Position numbers and translations under genes: made by a program. Under the pieces are notes generated by a model. The model made no database searches. It was not told where the DNA came from and saw only the letters and a list, made by a program, of their open reading frames with translations. This document shows, in pieces, positions 1 through 7,466 of a stretch of DNA of 40,731 bases (position 1 is its first letter; each line of letters begins with the position of its first letter). This DNA comes from Vulcanimicrobiota bacterium (GTDB taxonomy: Bacteria; Vulcanimicrobiota; Xenobia; Xenobiales; JADMJV01). The stretch covers positions 1-40,731 of the forward strand of contig JALHOV010000004.1 of assembly GCA_022842865.1 (NCBI GenBank), written 5' to 3'.

Positions 1-250
1 TGTAACCCCGCCGCTCGGCCTCAACGACACCAAAGACTGAGCGAATCTGACGGCTTCGCACCCGGCCGCGCTCAAGCGTGAGAACATTTCCTTCTTTCTG
101 GACATCCAACTTTGGCCGCAGCTGGGGACAGCAGGCTACGGCCCAGGCCTGGTTTTGGACATCCCGCCTATTTTTTCTTCTCCCTGCGAAACCTTAGTCG
201 GACCGGCCGGTTAAATCGGACCTATTAGAAAACTGGGGAGGAACAAACCC

Positions 251-1066
251 ATGAATCAAGCGATAAGCGGTCTTCTACTGGTCGCGGCTTTGGCCGGCAC
301 GCTCACCGAAATTGCGGAGGCCCGCGGCGGCCGCGCAGGCGGAGGTAGAGCAAGAGCAAACTCGGGCAGCTTTCAGCGACAGGGCACTCGCACGGGCGCC
401 CAAGGGAACACCAGCACTCACGCTGGTCAAGGCACCTGGAGCCGCGGCAACGGCAGCTACGCCAGAAACTATGATGGCACGCGTACCGGTCCCAACGGCC
501 AGAGCCAGCAGGTCAATCGCAATCAGAACGTGACCAAAACGGGCGACAACAGCTATCAGCGGGACGGCTCTCACACCGTAACCGGCGCCAACGGAGAGTC
601 GCGCACCCGGACTACGTCCGGACAGGGAACTGTGCAAAAAACCGACAGCGGATACACCAAGAGTTATGACGGAACCATCACCACCGACAAAGGCAAAGTG
701 ATCAATGTGGACCGTAGCACCGAGGCGACACGCAACGCCGACGGCACGGTCAGCAAAGACCGTTCGGTGGAATACACCGACTCCAGTGGAAACGCCTTGG
801 GGACGGGTCAATCGAACTCCGTGCGCACCCCGGGTCAAGGCACCACCACCACCGGTAGCTACACCAACGCCAAGAACGGCAACACTTCTACCTACCAGGG
901 GTCGACTACGCCCAGCGGCGAGGGAGGCTATGGCCATACAAGCACCTGGACAGGTGCCCAGGGGAACAGCCGAACCACCAATGCAAACGCACGTTGGCAG
1001 TATATAGACGGCAAATGGGTAAAATCGGTGCAAAGCACCACCGCCCCTGTTACACCCGCGCCTTAA
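251..1066 (+). CDS. Secreted low-complexity Thr/Gly/Asn/Gln-rich protein, paralog A of 8323..9237
   Basis: 271-aa ORF with a GGGGAGG Shine-Dalgarno-like motif upstream of the ATG. Has an N-terminal hydrophobic signal-like segment (LLLVAALAGTLTEIAEA). Shares the C-terminal block NARWQYIDGKWVK and the internal TRTPGQGT block with 8323..9237. Confidence 0.7.
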   Translation: MNQAISGLLLVAALAGTLTEIAEARGGRAGGGRARANSGSFQRQGTRTGAQGNTSTHAGQGTWSRGNGSYARNYDGTRTGPNGQSQQVNRNQNVTKTGDNSYQRDGSHTVTGANGESRTRTTSGQGTVQKTDSGYTKSYDGTITTDKGKVINVDRSTEATRNADGTVSKDRSVEYTDSSGNALGTGQSNSVRTPGQGTTTTGSYTNAKNGNTSTYQGSTTPSGEGGYGHTSTWTGAQGNSRTTNANARWQYIDGKWVKSVQSTTAPVTPAP

Positions 1067-1310
1067 GCCCTGGGAGCTCAACTCCGTCGAGTGCTGGATG
1101 ATGTCTGTTGGGCAGCCTGCAGTCCGAAACCGAGACGCAGATGGTGATCCCGGCCTGGCCCGCGCCGACTTTCAGGGCCCGGGGCCGATGCCTTGATCGC
1201 CGCTCGGAAGGCCTTCGGATCAGCTTCCCTACGACCTCGAGGCCGCAGGCGAAAGGCTTTTTGGAACCCCCCAGGGAAATCGGCTTCGTGAGCATCCGAC
1301 CCCTTCTTCG

Positions 1311-3107
1311 ATGACTCTGAAACCCAAAGAGTTAGAGCAACAGGTCCGTCAGGTCTTGGACAGCCGCTCGTCCGATCGCGACTGCCTGACTGCTCTGGAG
1401 ACCGGACCCGCCAGTCATTTCGGCTTTCCCGGCCTGACCTGGTTGTGGGGGCCGGAGCTTTACCAACGCGACCGGGTCCTTTTTCGTGCTCTACTGCTGG
1501 CCAAGTTTTCCCACCAAACCTGGGCGGGCGGCTGGCGCTGGAGCAATACTCCCTGGTCGGCTCGCTTGCAAAGCTGGTTGGAGCAAGCCGACCAGGATCA
1601 GGACGTCGAGTTATGCCAGCGCCTGATCACCTGGAAGTTGCTGGCCCAGGCCGGGTTCACTTACTCCAAACTGTCACCACTGGTCCGTGCGGAACTGCTA
1701 CGCCGCACCAAGCACAAACCAACTAGCGCCCAACGTCGTCTGGAGGAGCGCAAGCTCGATTTCTGGTTCCAGCTCGACCACATCACCGCCCTGCAACTCT
1801 ATCGCCAGGACCCGGCATGCTCGGCCTACCTTTTGCGGCACCTGCCCCGCCCGGAGAAAGTGTTCTGGAAAGAGCTTTTTCAGCTGGCGCTGGGCCAGGA
1901 CGAAGCGTTCGCCTACAAAATCTACCGTGCCTTGATTCCCTTGTCGCAGTGGGAATCGGAGGTGAAAGAGCTGTGCCGGTCTCCCTTGAAGGCCTCAGAG
2001 CTCCTCAAGGAACTGGAGCGCCGCTCACCAACCTACGGCTACGGGGAGGCCTTTGCCAGGGTTCTCTACCAGATTTTGCAGGAGCGCGGCCGGGACGCTT
2101 TTGCCTATGTCATCCCCCAGCTCAAACGAGTCTGGAAGCCGCTGCTGGGCCGCGGAAACTATGGCAAGATGCTGGAGTTGGCCGACGCCAAGGGTTGGGA
2201 TGACCTGTGGTGCGCCATTCTGCGCACCTGCGCGTCTTCTAAGGAGTTTAACACCAGCCTGCGCAAACTGGCGGCCCAACCGGGCAGCCCCAGGCTGCCT
2301 GGCCTGAGCGGCGTTTCCAGCGAATGGAACTTTGGCGCGGTGGGTCTGGCCCGCGTGCAGATTCTGGACAACGACACCGCCCTGGCGCTCTACAGGGCCA
2401 ATCCGGATTGGTTAAGGGGCCCCTTCAAACTGAACCTGCAGGTGCACCCGTCGCAAAAAGGCTACACCGGCTTGCTGCAACAGCTGATGGACCGGGGGGA
2501 AGAGGAACTGGTCGACCTGCTGGCCAGCCGCTACATCCTCAGTTATCAACCTCTTCCCGAAGTCCAACTGTTGACCGATTACTACGCTGCTCTGGGCGAT
2601 TCGCGCGCCCGCCGCGGGGCCAACGTGCTGGGCAAGCTGCCCGCCTATTGCATCTGGAACTATCCCGAACTGATCCGTAAGAACCGGCTGGCACGCGCCC
2701 TCTACGAACGCTCCATAGCCGACTATGCCCAGGACCCGCTGGCCTTGTCGGACCTGGTGGAAGCTTCGGAAATACACGTCATGGCGCTGGGTTACCGGGC
2801 CCTGAGCCAGGCCGCCCCGGACGAGGCGGCGCGCCATCTGGTGCTGCTGCTGGGCTGCCTGTTTCGGCCTATGCAGCGCCTCACCCGCGGCTACGCTCTG
2901 GCCGCCCTGGAGCGGGCCTCCCAGACCAACCAGGGAACGGCCGCGCGCATCCTGGCGGCCGCTCGCGAAGCCCAGCGCCTGCCAGATGAGCGTTACCCGA
3001 AAGAAGCCCTACTCTCCCTGCTGGGTTCTTTGCTGAATCGCTGGCCCGAGCTACGTGGTCCCCGAGAACAACCGGTGGTTTACCGCCGCGAGGTCAGTCG
3101 TGTTTAG
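1311..3107 (+). CDS. Hypothetical 598-aa protein, apparently all-alpha/helical-repeat, with no catalytic motif recognised
   Basis: Long ORF with non-repetitive, protein-like composition. Its stop codon (3105-3107) overlaps the GTG (3100) of the next gene, which suggests translational coupling. Confidence 0.65.
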   Translation: MTLKPKELEQQVRQVLDSRSSDRDCLTALETGPASHFGFPGLTWLWGPELYQRDRVLFRALLLAKFSHQTWAGGWRWSNTPWSARLQSWLEQADQDQDVELCQRLITWKLLAQAGFTYSKLSPLVRAELLRRTKHKPTSAQRRLEERKLDFWFQLDHITALQLYRQDPACSAYLLRHLPRPEKVFWKELFQLALGQDEAFAYKIYRALIPLSQWESEVKELCRSPLKASELLKELERRSPTYGYGEAFARVLYQILQERGRDAFAYVIPQLKRVWKPLLGRGNYGKMLELADAKGWDDLWCAILRTCASSKEFNTSLRKLAAQPGSPRLPGLSGVSSEWNFGAVGLARVQILDNDTALALYRANPDWLRGPFKLNLQVHPSQKGYTGLLQQLMDRGEEELVDLLASRYILSYQPLPEVQLLTDYYAALGDSRARRGANVLGKLPAYCIWNYPELIRKNRLARALYERSIADYAQDPLALSDLVEASEIHVMALGYRALSQAAPDEAARHLVLLLGCLFRPMQRLTRGYALAALERASQTNQGTAARILAAAREAQRLPDERYPKEALLSLLGSLLNRWPELRGPREQPVVYRREVSRV

Positions 3108-4575
3108 TTATGCCACCCCCAGCCTCTTCCAAAGCGACCTGAACCAGGCCCGCCTGGGCCTGTGTTGCGACCAGGACCGTCCGGTCGAATGGGAAGCTCG
3201 CCTGATCGAGCACATCCCCCTGGTACGCTTCGCTCTGCGCGCCCTGGGCGAACTGATCTGGTCCGGCGACGAAGACGGTCGCGCCCGACTGGATCCCATC
3301 CTTACGGCTCACCCCGATGGTTTGCTGGCCGAAGCCTTCTCCTCCGATCTGGCCGCCTATGGCCGCCTGTGGCTGAGTCCGCAACTTTACGAAGTGCGCG
3401 GCACCCCGCTGTGGGGTACTACCAACGTCGATTTTTCGAGCTGGCTGTGGGGCGCACTGGGCGAGATGCGCAGCAGTCGGGAAACCTGGCTGCGCCTGAA
3501 TCCTCAGGGGTTTGCTTTGGAGACCCTGGGCGCGGGCGGGCGCTTCCAACCCAAAGTAGACATCCCCAACGATTGGTTCCGTGCTTTCCTGGAGTTGCAG
3601 GGAGCTCTGACCCGCCCCTGCACCAGGCTACGCGTCCCCCCGATGGATTTGTTGGCCCCGATTCGCTTCCTACGCCACTCCAAAGGTCGCCTGAGCCCAC
3701 GTGCGCTCCGCTATGAGTGCCATCCAGAGGGCTGGAGCATCGTGCTGGAGCCTTGGGAAAAGCGCTTTGCCCTGCGCGCCGACCAGGGCGGCGAGCCGCG
3801 AATCCTGCGCACCTGGGGGCGTCAGAGGCTGCGCCTGATCGAGCCCCTGCTGCCCTTCGCCGAATCGGTAGAAATCCGCCTGCTGGGCCGCGCCATGCCT
3901 CACTTTTATCGAGTTCAGCTGCCGGGGATGAGCTTTCTGTTGGGGCTGACCGGCTGGGGGCGGCAGAGCTTTGCGGCCGAATCCGGCTACTCGCTGTTGC
4001 GCGGGCTGCCGCAGGCACAGTCTGAAGAGGCCCTGTCCACTCGCGAGCATGAGCTGCGCCAGAAGCTGCTCTCCCCCTACCACCCGCTCGATGAGGAATT
4101 GGTGCGACGCGGACTGGCCCTTACCGATTTAGATCGAGGCCAGACCCGCTATCGTCCGCTCACCCTCCAGCCGCTGGATCCCAAGGTCCTCTATCCCCCT
4201 GACCTGAGGGCCGAGGAAGCAGCCACTCTAAAAGCCTCGGTGCAGGCCTGCTGGGTCCAGGAACAGCGCAAGCTCAAGAGTCTGATCACGCCCCAGGGCA
4301 AGGTCCAGCGAGAGCTGATCTTTCGCGACTGGAAAATACAGGGCGAGTGCCAGGGCCACCCTCTCGAACTGGTGGTCAGCGAGCGCGAGCAAATCCTCTT
4401 TGGGCGCTGCGACTGCGCCTTTTTCCAGAAGCATTTGCTCAGCCAGGGACCGTGCTCGCATCTGCTGGCGCTCTTCGAATCCAGCCGAGATTTGCGCGCT
4501 CAGAACCTGCCCAGCTCGCTGGAGGTCCGAGAGGTCCCGTCGCGGCAGGAAGTAGGCGAAGATGGCGAAGAGTAG
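3100..4575 (+). CDS. SWIM zinc-finger domain protein (C-terminal SWIM, N-terminal region unknown)
   Basis: The C-x-C-x12-C-x-H signature (CDCAFFQKHLLSQGPCSH) is encoded at 4408..4461. I chose the GTG at 3100, preceded by GAGG at 6-nt spacing, over the ORF-track start at 3055, which overlaps the upstream gene by 53 nt. Confidence 0.8.
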   Translation: MFSYATPSLFQSDLNQARLGLCCDQDRPVEWEARLIEHIPLVRFALRALGELIWSGDEDGRARLDPILTAHPDGLLAEAFSSDLAAYGRLWLSPQLYEVRGTPLWGTTNVDFSSWLWGALGEMRSSRETWLRLNPQGFALETLGAGGRFQPKVDIPNDWFRAFLELQGALTRPCTRLRVPPMDLLAPIRFLRHSKGRLSPRALRYECHPEGWSIVLEPWEKRFALRADQGGEPRILRTWGRQRLRLIEPLLPFAESVEIRLLGRAMPHFYRVQLPGMSFLLGLTGWGRQSFAAESGYSLLRGLPQAQSEEALSTREHELRQKLLSPYHPLDEELVRRGLALTDLDRGQTRYRPLTLQPLDPKVLYPPDLRAEEAATLKASVQACWVQEQRKLKSLITPQGKVQRELIFRDWKIQGECQGHPLELVVSEREQILFGRCDCAFFQKHLLSQGPCSHLLALFESSRDLRAQNLPSSLEVREVPSRQEVGEDGEE

Positions 4576-4579
4576 CCGG

Positions 4580-4594
4580 GCCTCAAGGAAAGTG
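4580..4594 (+). repeat. Left arm of a long-range inverted repeat (candidate retron a1)
   Basis: GCCTCAAGGAAAGTG is complementary to 4723..4737 (CACTTTCCCTGAGGC) at 14 of 15 positions, with one A-C mismatch. Two further G-U pairs are possible outside the arms. Confidence 0.6.
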
Positions 4595-4722
4595 TGCACC
4601 AAAGTTAGCCGTTTATGCTGCGGTGTTTCGCCGCAGCGGCGAATTGTCGCCATAACACCGCCAAGGTCCCCATCGTACGCAACGAAGGGGAGCCCTGAGT
4701 CCAGAGCCTCGTTAGTAACGGC

Positions 4723-4737
4723 CACTTTCCCTGAGGC
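4723..4737 (+). repeat. Right arm of the long-range inverted repeat (candidate retron a2)
   Basis: Complement of 4580..4594. Contains the GAGG (4733-4736) that sits 7 nt upstream of the RT ATG. Confidence 0.6.
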
Positions 4738-4743
4738 TTTGTT

Positions 4744-5985
4744 ATGAGTCTGTGGGATTGGATAAAACAGAAGCTGCTGGGTATCCCACCGCAGCGCGAC
4801 ACCTCTCGTCTGGAACCGGACCGAGAAGGCGTGTCCGAAAAAGTAGACGTGAGTGGCGCCCCACTCAAACCATCGCATCGCCGTCGCGCTCTGCGCGACC
4901 GGCGCCTGCTGCCCAAAGCCCGAGCTCCCGTCGGCAAGCGGCCCCAGGTGATGTCGCTGGCGGAAGCGGAGCGCCTCTTTTCAGCCAGTCAGCGCAGTCG
5001 CAATCGCCGGCAGCGCGATCTGCTGGCCGATCCCGAACAATTGCAACGTTTGGGCCTGCCGCTTTGGTCACGCGAAGATCAAGTGGCCGCCGCGCTGGGC
5101 CTGACTCTGCCCCAACTCTGGCACTTTGCCATGCATCGCCAGGGCGAGGCCCATCCTCACTATGTGGCTTTCGCAGTTCCCAAGCGTAGCGGGGGGGACC
5201 GGATCATTCTCGCTCCCAAGCGCCGCCTGAAGGCAATGCAGCGCAAGTTGCTGCAAATGCTGGCCGAAAAACTTCCGGTTAGCCAGGCCGCCCACGGCTT
5301 TCGCAGCGGTCACAGCACGCTCACCAACGCCCTCCCCCATTTGAAGCAAAAAGTAGTCCTTCGATTCGACCTGAAAGACTTCTTCCCCAGCTGCAACTGG
5401 GCGCGCGTGCGTGGACTGCTGATCGCCTACGGTTACAGCTTCCCGGTGGCCACCACCCTGGCCCTGCTGATGACCGAAGCGGAACGACAACCGGTGGAAA
5501 CTCCCGACGGCCTGGTCTTTGTTCCGGTGCGCACGCGCTACTGTGTGCAAGGAGCCCCGACCAGCCCGGCCCTGGCCAATGCGCTGACCCTGAAATTGGA
5601 CCGCCGCCTGCTGGGGTTGGCGCGCAAATTGGGCTGGCAGTATACGCGTTACGCCGATGACCTCACCTTCTCCGGCCAGACACCTGAACAGGTCGGCCTG
5701 CTGAAAAAAGCCGTCGAAGGTATCGTGGAAAGCGAAGGCTTCGCCCTGAATGGCGCCAAAACGAAAGTCATGCGCAGTGGACGCTGCCAGAGCGTAACGG
5801 GAGTGGTGGTCAACCAGGTGGCCGGCCTCTCCCGTCAGGAACGCCGCCGCCTGCGGGCCGCCCTGCACCAGGCCGGTGGCCAACCCGATGCCCAGCTGAG
5901 CGGCAAACTGGCTTATCTCCAGGGACTCAACCGCGGGCAAGCAGAAAGACTGCGGCGGCCCCGCGGAGGCCAGGTTCTGGACTGA
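4744..5985 (+). CDS. Retron-type reverse transcriptase with a basic N-terminal extension of about 100 aa
   Basis: RT motifs are present in order: KRSGGDRIILAP, HGFRSGHS, RFDLKDFFPS, QGAPTSPALAN, YTRYADDLTF (YADD at 5650..5661) and NGAKTKV. The retron-typical SVTGVVVN (VTG at 5794..5802) follows. An alternative internal start exists at the ATG at 4951. Confidence 0.9.
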   Translation: MSLWDWIKQKLLGIPPQRDTSRLEPDREGVSEKVDVSGAPLKPSHRRRALRDRRLLPKARAPVGKRPQVMSLAEAERLFSASQRSRNRRQRDLLADPEQLQRLGLPLWSREDQVAAALGLTLPQLWHFAMHRQGEAHPHYVAFAVPKRSGGDRIILAPKRRLKAMQRKLLQMLAEKLPVSQAAHGFRSGHSTLTNALPHLKQKVVLRFDLKDFFPSCNWARVRGLLIAYGYSFPVATTLALLMTEAERQPVETPDGLVFVPVRTRYCVQGAPTSPALANALTLKLDRRLLGLARKLGWQYTRYADDLTFSGQTPEQVGLLKKAVEGIVESEGFALNGAKTKVMRSGRCQSVTGVVVNQVAGLSRQERRRLRAALHQAGGQPDAQLSGKLAYLQGLNRGQAERLRRPRGGQVLD

Positions 5986-6026
5986 CGGATCCCGAACTCT
6001 CGTCCCCAAATCACGCAGGAGGCAAG

Positions 6027-7436
6027 ATGAGCAAGCGGTTGGGATGGTGGAGCGGGTTTCTCTTGGCCTGCCAGTTGAGCGGTTGCGGAGTCTCCTCTCA
6101 GACCAACCCGGTGCCCCCTCCCGCCTCCCCTCCCCCTGGTTGGAATTGGCTGGCCCAGACGCGTTGGGCGGTGCCGCCTCAGGACTTGCGCGCCTACCTG
6201 CTGCGCCAGGGCACTTCCGAGCCAATTCCCCTGACGGAACAGATGGTGTTGCAGATTGAGCGTGTCGAGGACGGCCTGTTAACCGGCCAGGCTCGTGTGC
6301 AAACCTCCATCCCCACGCCCCTGTCGGACGGAGCAGTCACCTCCGCCGACCTGGCGGGCAGCATGACCCCGGAAGGACGGCTGGATCTTTCTCTGACCAA
6401 CCCAGATGGCCGGAGGACCCGTATCTCCGGCGCACTCTTGCAGACCTCCTCGGGCTGGAAGTTACAGATCCAGAGTGTCGCCGGGTCGACGGACCGCCTG
6501 GTTCAAAACGCCGGCCTCGTCTTACTGGCAGCCGATCAGACTGCCGCCGAATTGACTGAAACCTCGAAAGAATCCGAGCCAGACCCTTGGAGCTGGCTGC
6601 CCGGGACTTCCTGGTACGTGCCAGTAGACTATCTGTTGGCCTATGTCGTCGGCCCCCCTGGACGGGCGCCTTTGCCCATTAGCGATCAAACCCTCTACAC
6701 TCTCCAGGGCTATGACCACGGTTATTTCTGGGGACCGACCACCACCACCATGACCCCCGACAGCGGAGTGGGCAAGTTCGGAACGCGCAGCAGTCACCTG
6801 AATCTGCTGGGCTGCGTCAGTCCTCAGGGATCCATCTTGCTCTCCTTCAGCCCCTCCGACCCCGACAACCCGGCCATCACAGGCTATGGGGTGATGCAGA
6901 GACTGGACGGCGAGTGGACCATGGAAAATCAGATGGCCTCCGAGAGCGCCGTCACCGTGACTCACTGGGCCTACATGAAACAGGTCTTTCCAGGCGTCGT
7001 TCCCAGTCCGCCACTGCCCGTGAACGAACTTCCCGGGCAATTGGCCGCTACCCAACGTTGGGCTTTCCTGAAAAACTCCAGCTGGCAAAACAGCTCCGCC
7101 ACCCAAAAAGGCTTACTCTCCAACGGCTTCGCCAGCCATCCGGCAACCGTCCTGGAGGAAGTGACCTATGCCATCCGAGACTTCCGCAGCGGATACTTTA
7201 GCGGGACCACCCGACTGCGCCTCCAAGGTCAGACGGAAGATTTCAACTTGGCCGGCAGCGTCACTCCCGAGGGAGCTCTTTACCTGTTTTTCATCCCCAC
7301 TTCCGCAGCCGGCGCCACCAGTACGGTCGGGCTCGGTTCCATGCGGGCCATTCCGAATGGCTATACCATGCAAACGCAAACCCTCAGTCCTGGCGAGGTC
7401 CAACTCGTTCACTGGTCGGACATGCTGCGCAACTGA
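6027..7436 (+). CDS. Lipoprotein with three tandem divergent domains of about 140 aa
   Basis: AGGAGG lies 4 nt upstream of the ATG. Signal sequence with lipobox LSGC. Each third of the protein repeats the pattern W-x-W-L..W.VP...L.AY and G(S/C)(M/V)(T/S)P(E/Q)G.L.L(S/F). Confidence 0.75.
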   Translation: MSKRLGWWSGFLLACQLSGCGVSSQTNPVPPPASPPPGWNWLAQTRWAVPPQDLRAYLLRQGTSEPIPLTEQMVLQIERVEDGLLTGQARVQTSIPTPLSDGAVTSADLAGSMTPEGRLDLSLTNPDGRRTRISGALLQTSSGWKLQIQSVAGSTDRLVQNAGLVLLAADQTAAELTETSKESEPDPWSWLPGTSWYVPVDYLLAYVVGPPGRAPLPISDQTLYTLQGYDHGYFWGPTTTTMTPDSGVGKFGTRSSHLNLLGCVSPQGSILLSFSPSDPDNPAITGYGVMQRLDGEWTMENQMASESAVTVTHWAYMKQVFPGVVPSPPLPVNELPGQLAATQRWAFLKNSSWQNSSATQKGLLSNGFASHPATVLEEVTYAIRDFRSGYFSGTTRLRLQGQTEDFNLAGSVTPEGALYLFFIPTSAAGATSTVGLGSMRAIPNGYTMQTQTLSPGEVQLVHWSDMLRN

Positions 7437-7466
7437 CCGTCCCACTTTACAACAGGGCCTGAGCCT

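Larger units (their letters stand above)
4580..4737 (+). ncRNA. Candidate retron msr-msd non-coding RNA
   Basis: Fills the gap between the SWIM gene stop (4575) and the RT start (4744). Bounded by the 15-nt inverted repeat. Internal hairpins: 4617-4623/4631-4637 (7 bp); an alternative 4621-4627/4654-4660 enclosing 4628-4633/4637-4642; and 4667-4676/4682-4691 (9 bp plus one mismatch). The position immediately 5' of a retron-type RT matches canonical retron layout. Confidence 0.45.

Noticed and set aside
2-40. A possible 3' end of an upstream gene (..VTPPLGLNDTKD-stop) at the left window edge.
   Set aside because: Only 12 codons are visible, which is too short to support a call.
100-166. The direct repeat TGGACATCC at about 100-108 and 158-166 upstream of the first gene, and the tandem GTTCTAT-cg-GTTCTAT near 8272-8287 upstream of its paralog, as possible operator sites.
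   Set aside because: The repeats are short and differ between the two paralog leaders. They could easily occur by chance, and I cannot tie them to any regulator.
275-1081. 268-aa minus-strand ORF antisense to the first secreted-protein gene. The same pattern appears in other long antisense ORFs: 5068..6225, 10695..11474, 23105..23953, 25797..26942, 29701..30522, 36693..37712 and 38969..40066.
   Set aside because: They mirror well-supported genes on the opposite strand. Their translations are Arg/Ala/Gly/Pro-rich with no motifs. Open antisense frames of this kind are expected in DNA of about 60% GC or higher.
3055-3099. The ORF-track start (ATG 3055) for the SWIM protein.
   Set aside because: It overlaps the upstream gene by 53 nt. 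The GTG at 3100, with a properly spaced GAGG and a stop/start overlap, is more plausible. Either start is possible.
4744-5985. The possibility that the RT belongs to a diversity-generating retroelement or a group II intron.
   Set aside because: The motifs are retron-like (QGAPTSP, VTG) rather than DGR-like. I saw no template/variable repeat pair near the RT, no maturase/X domain and no intron-like structured flanks. The similarity between the flanking paralogs is at whole-gene protein level, not an adenine-specific TR/VR pattern.
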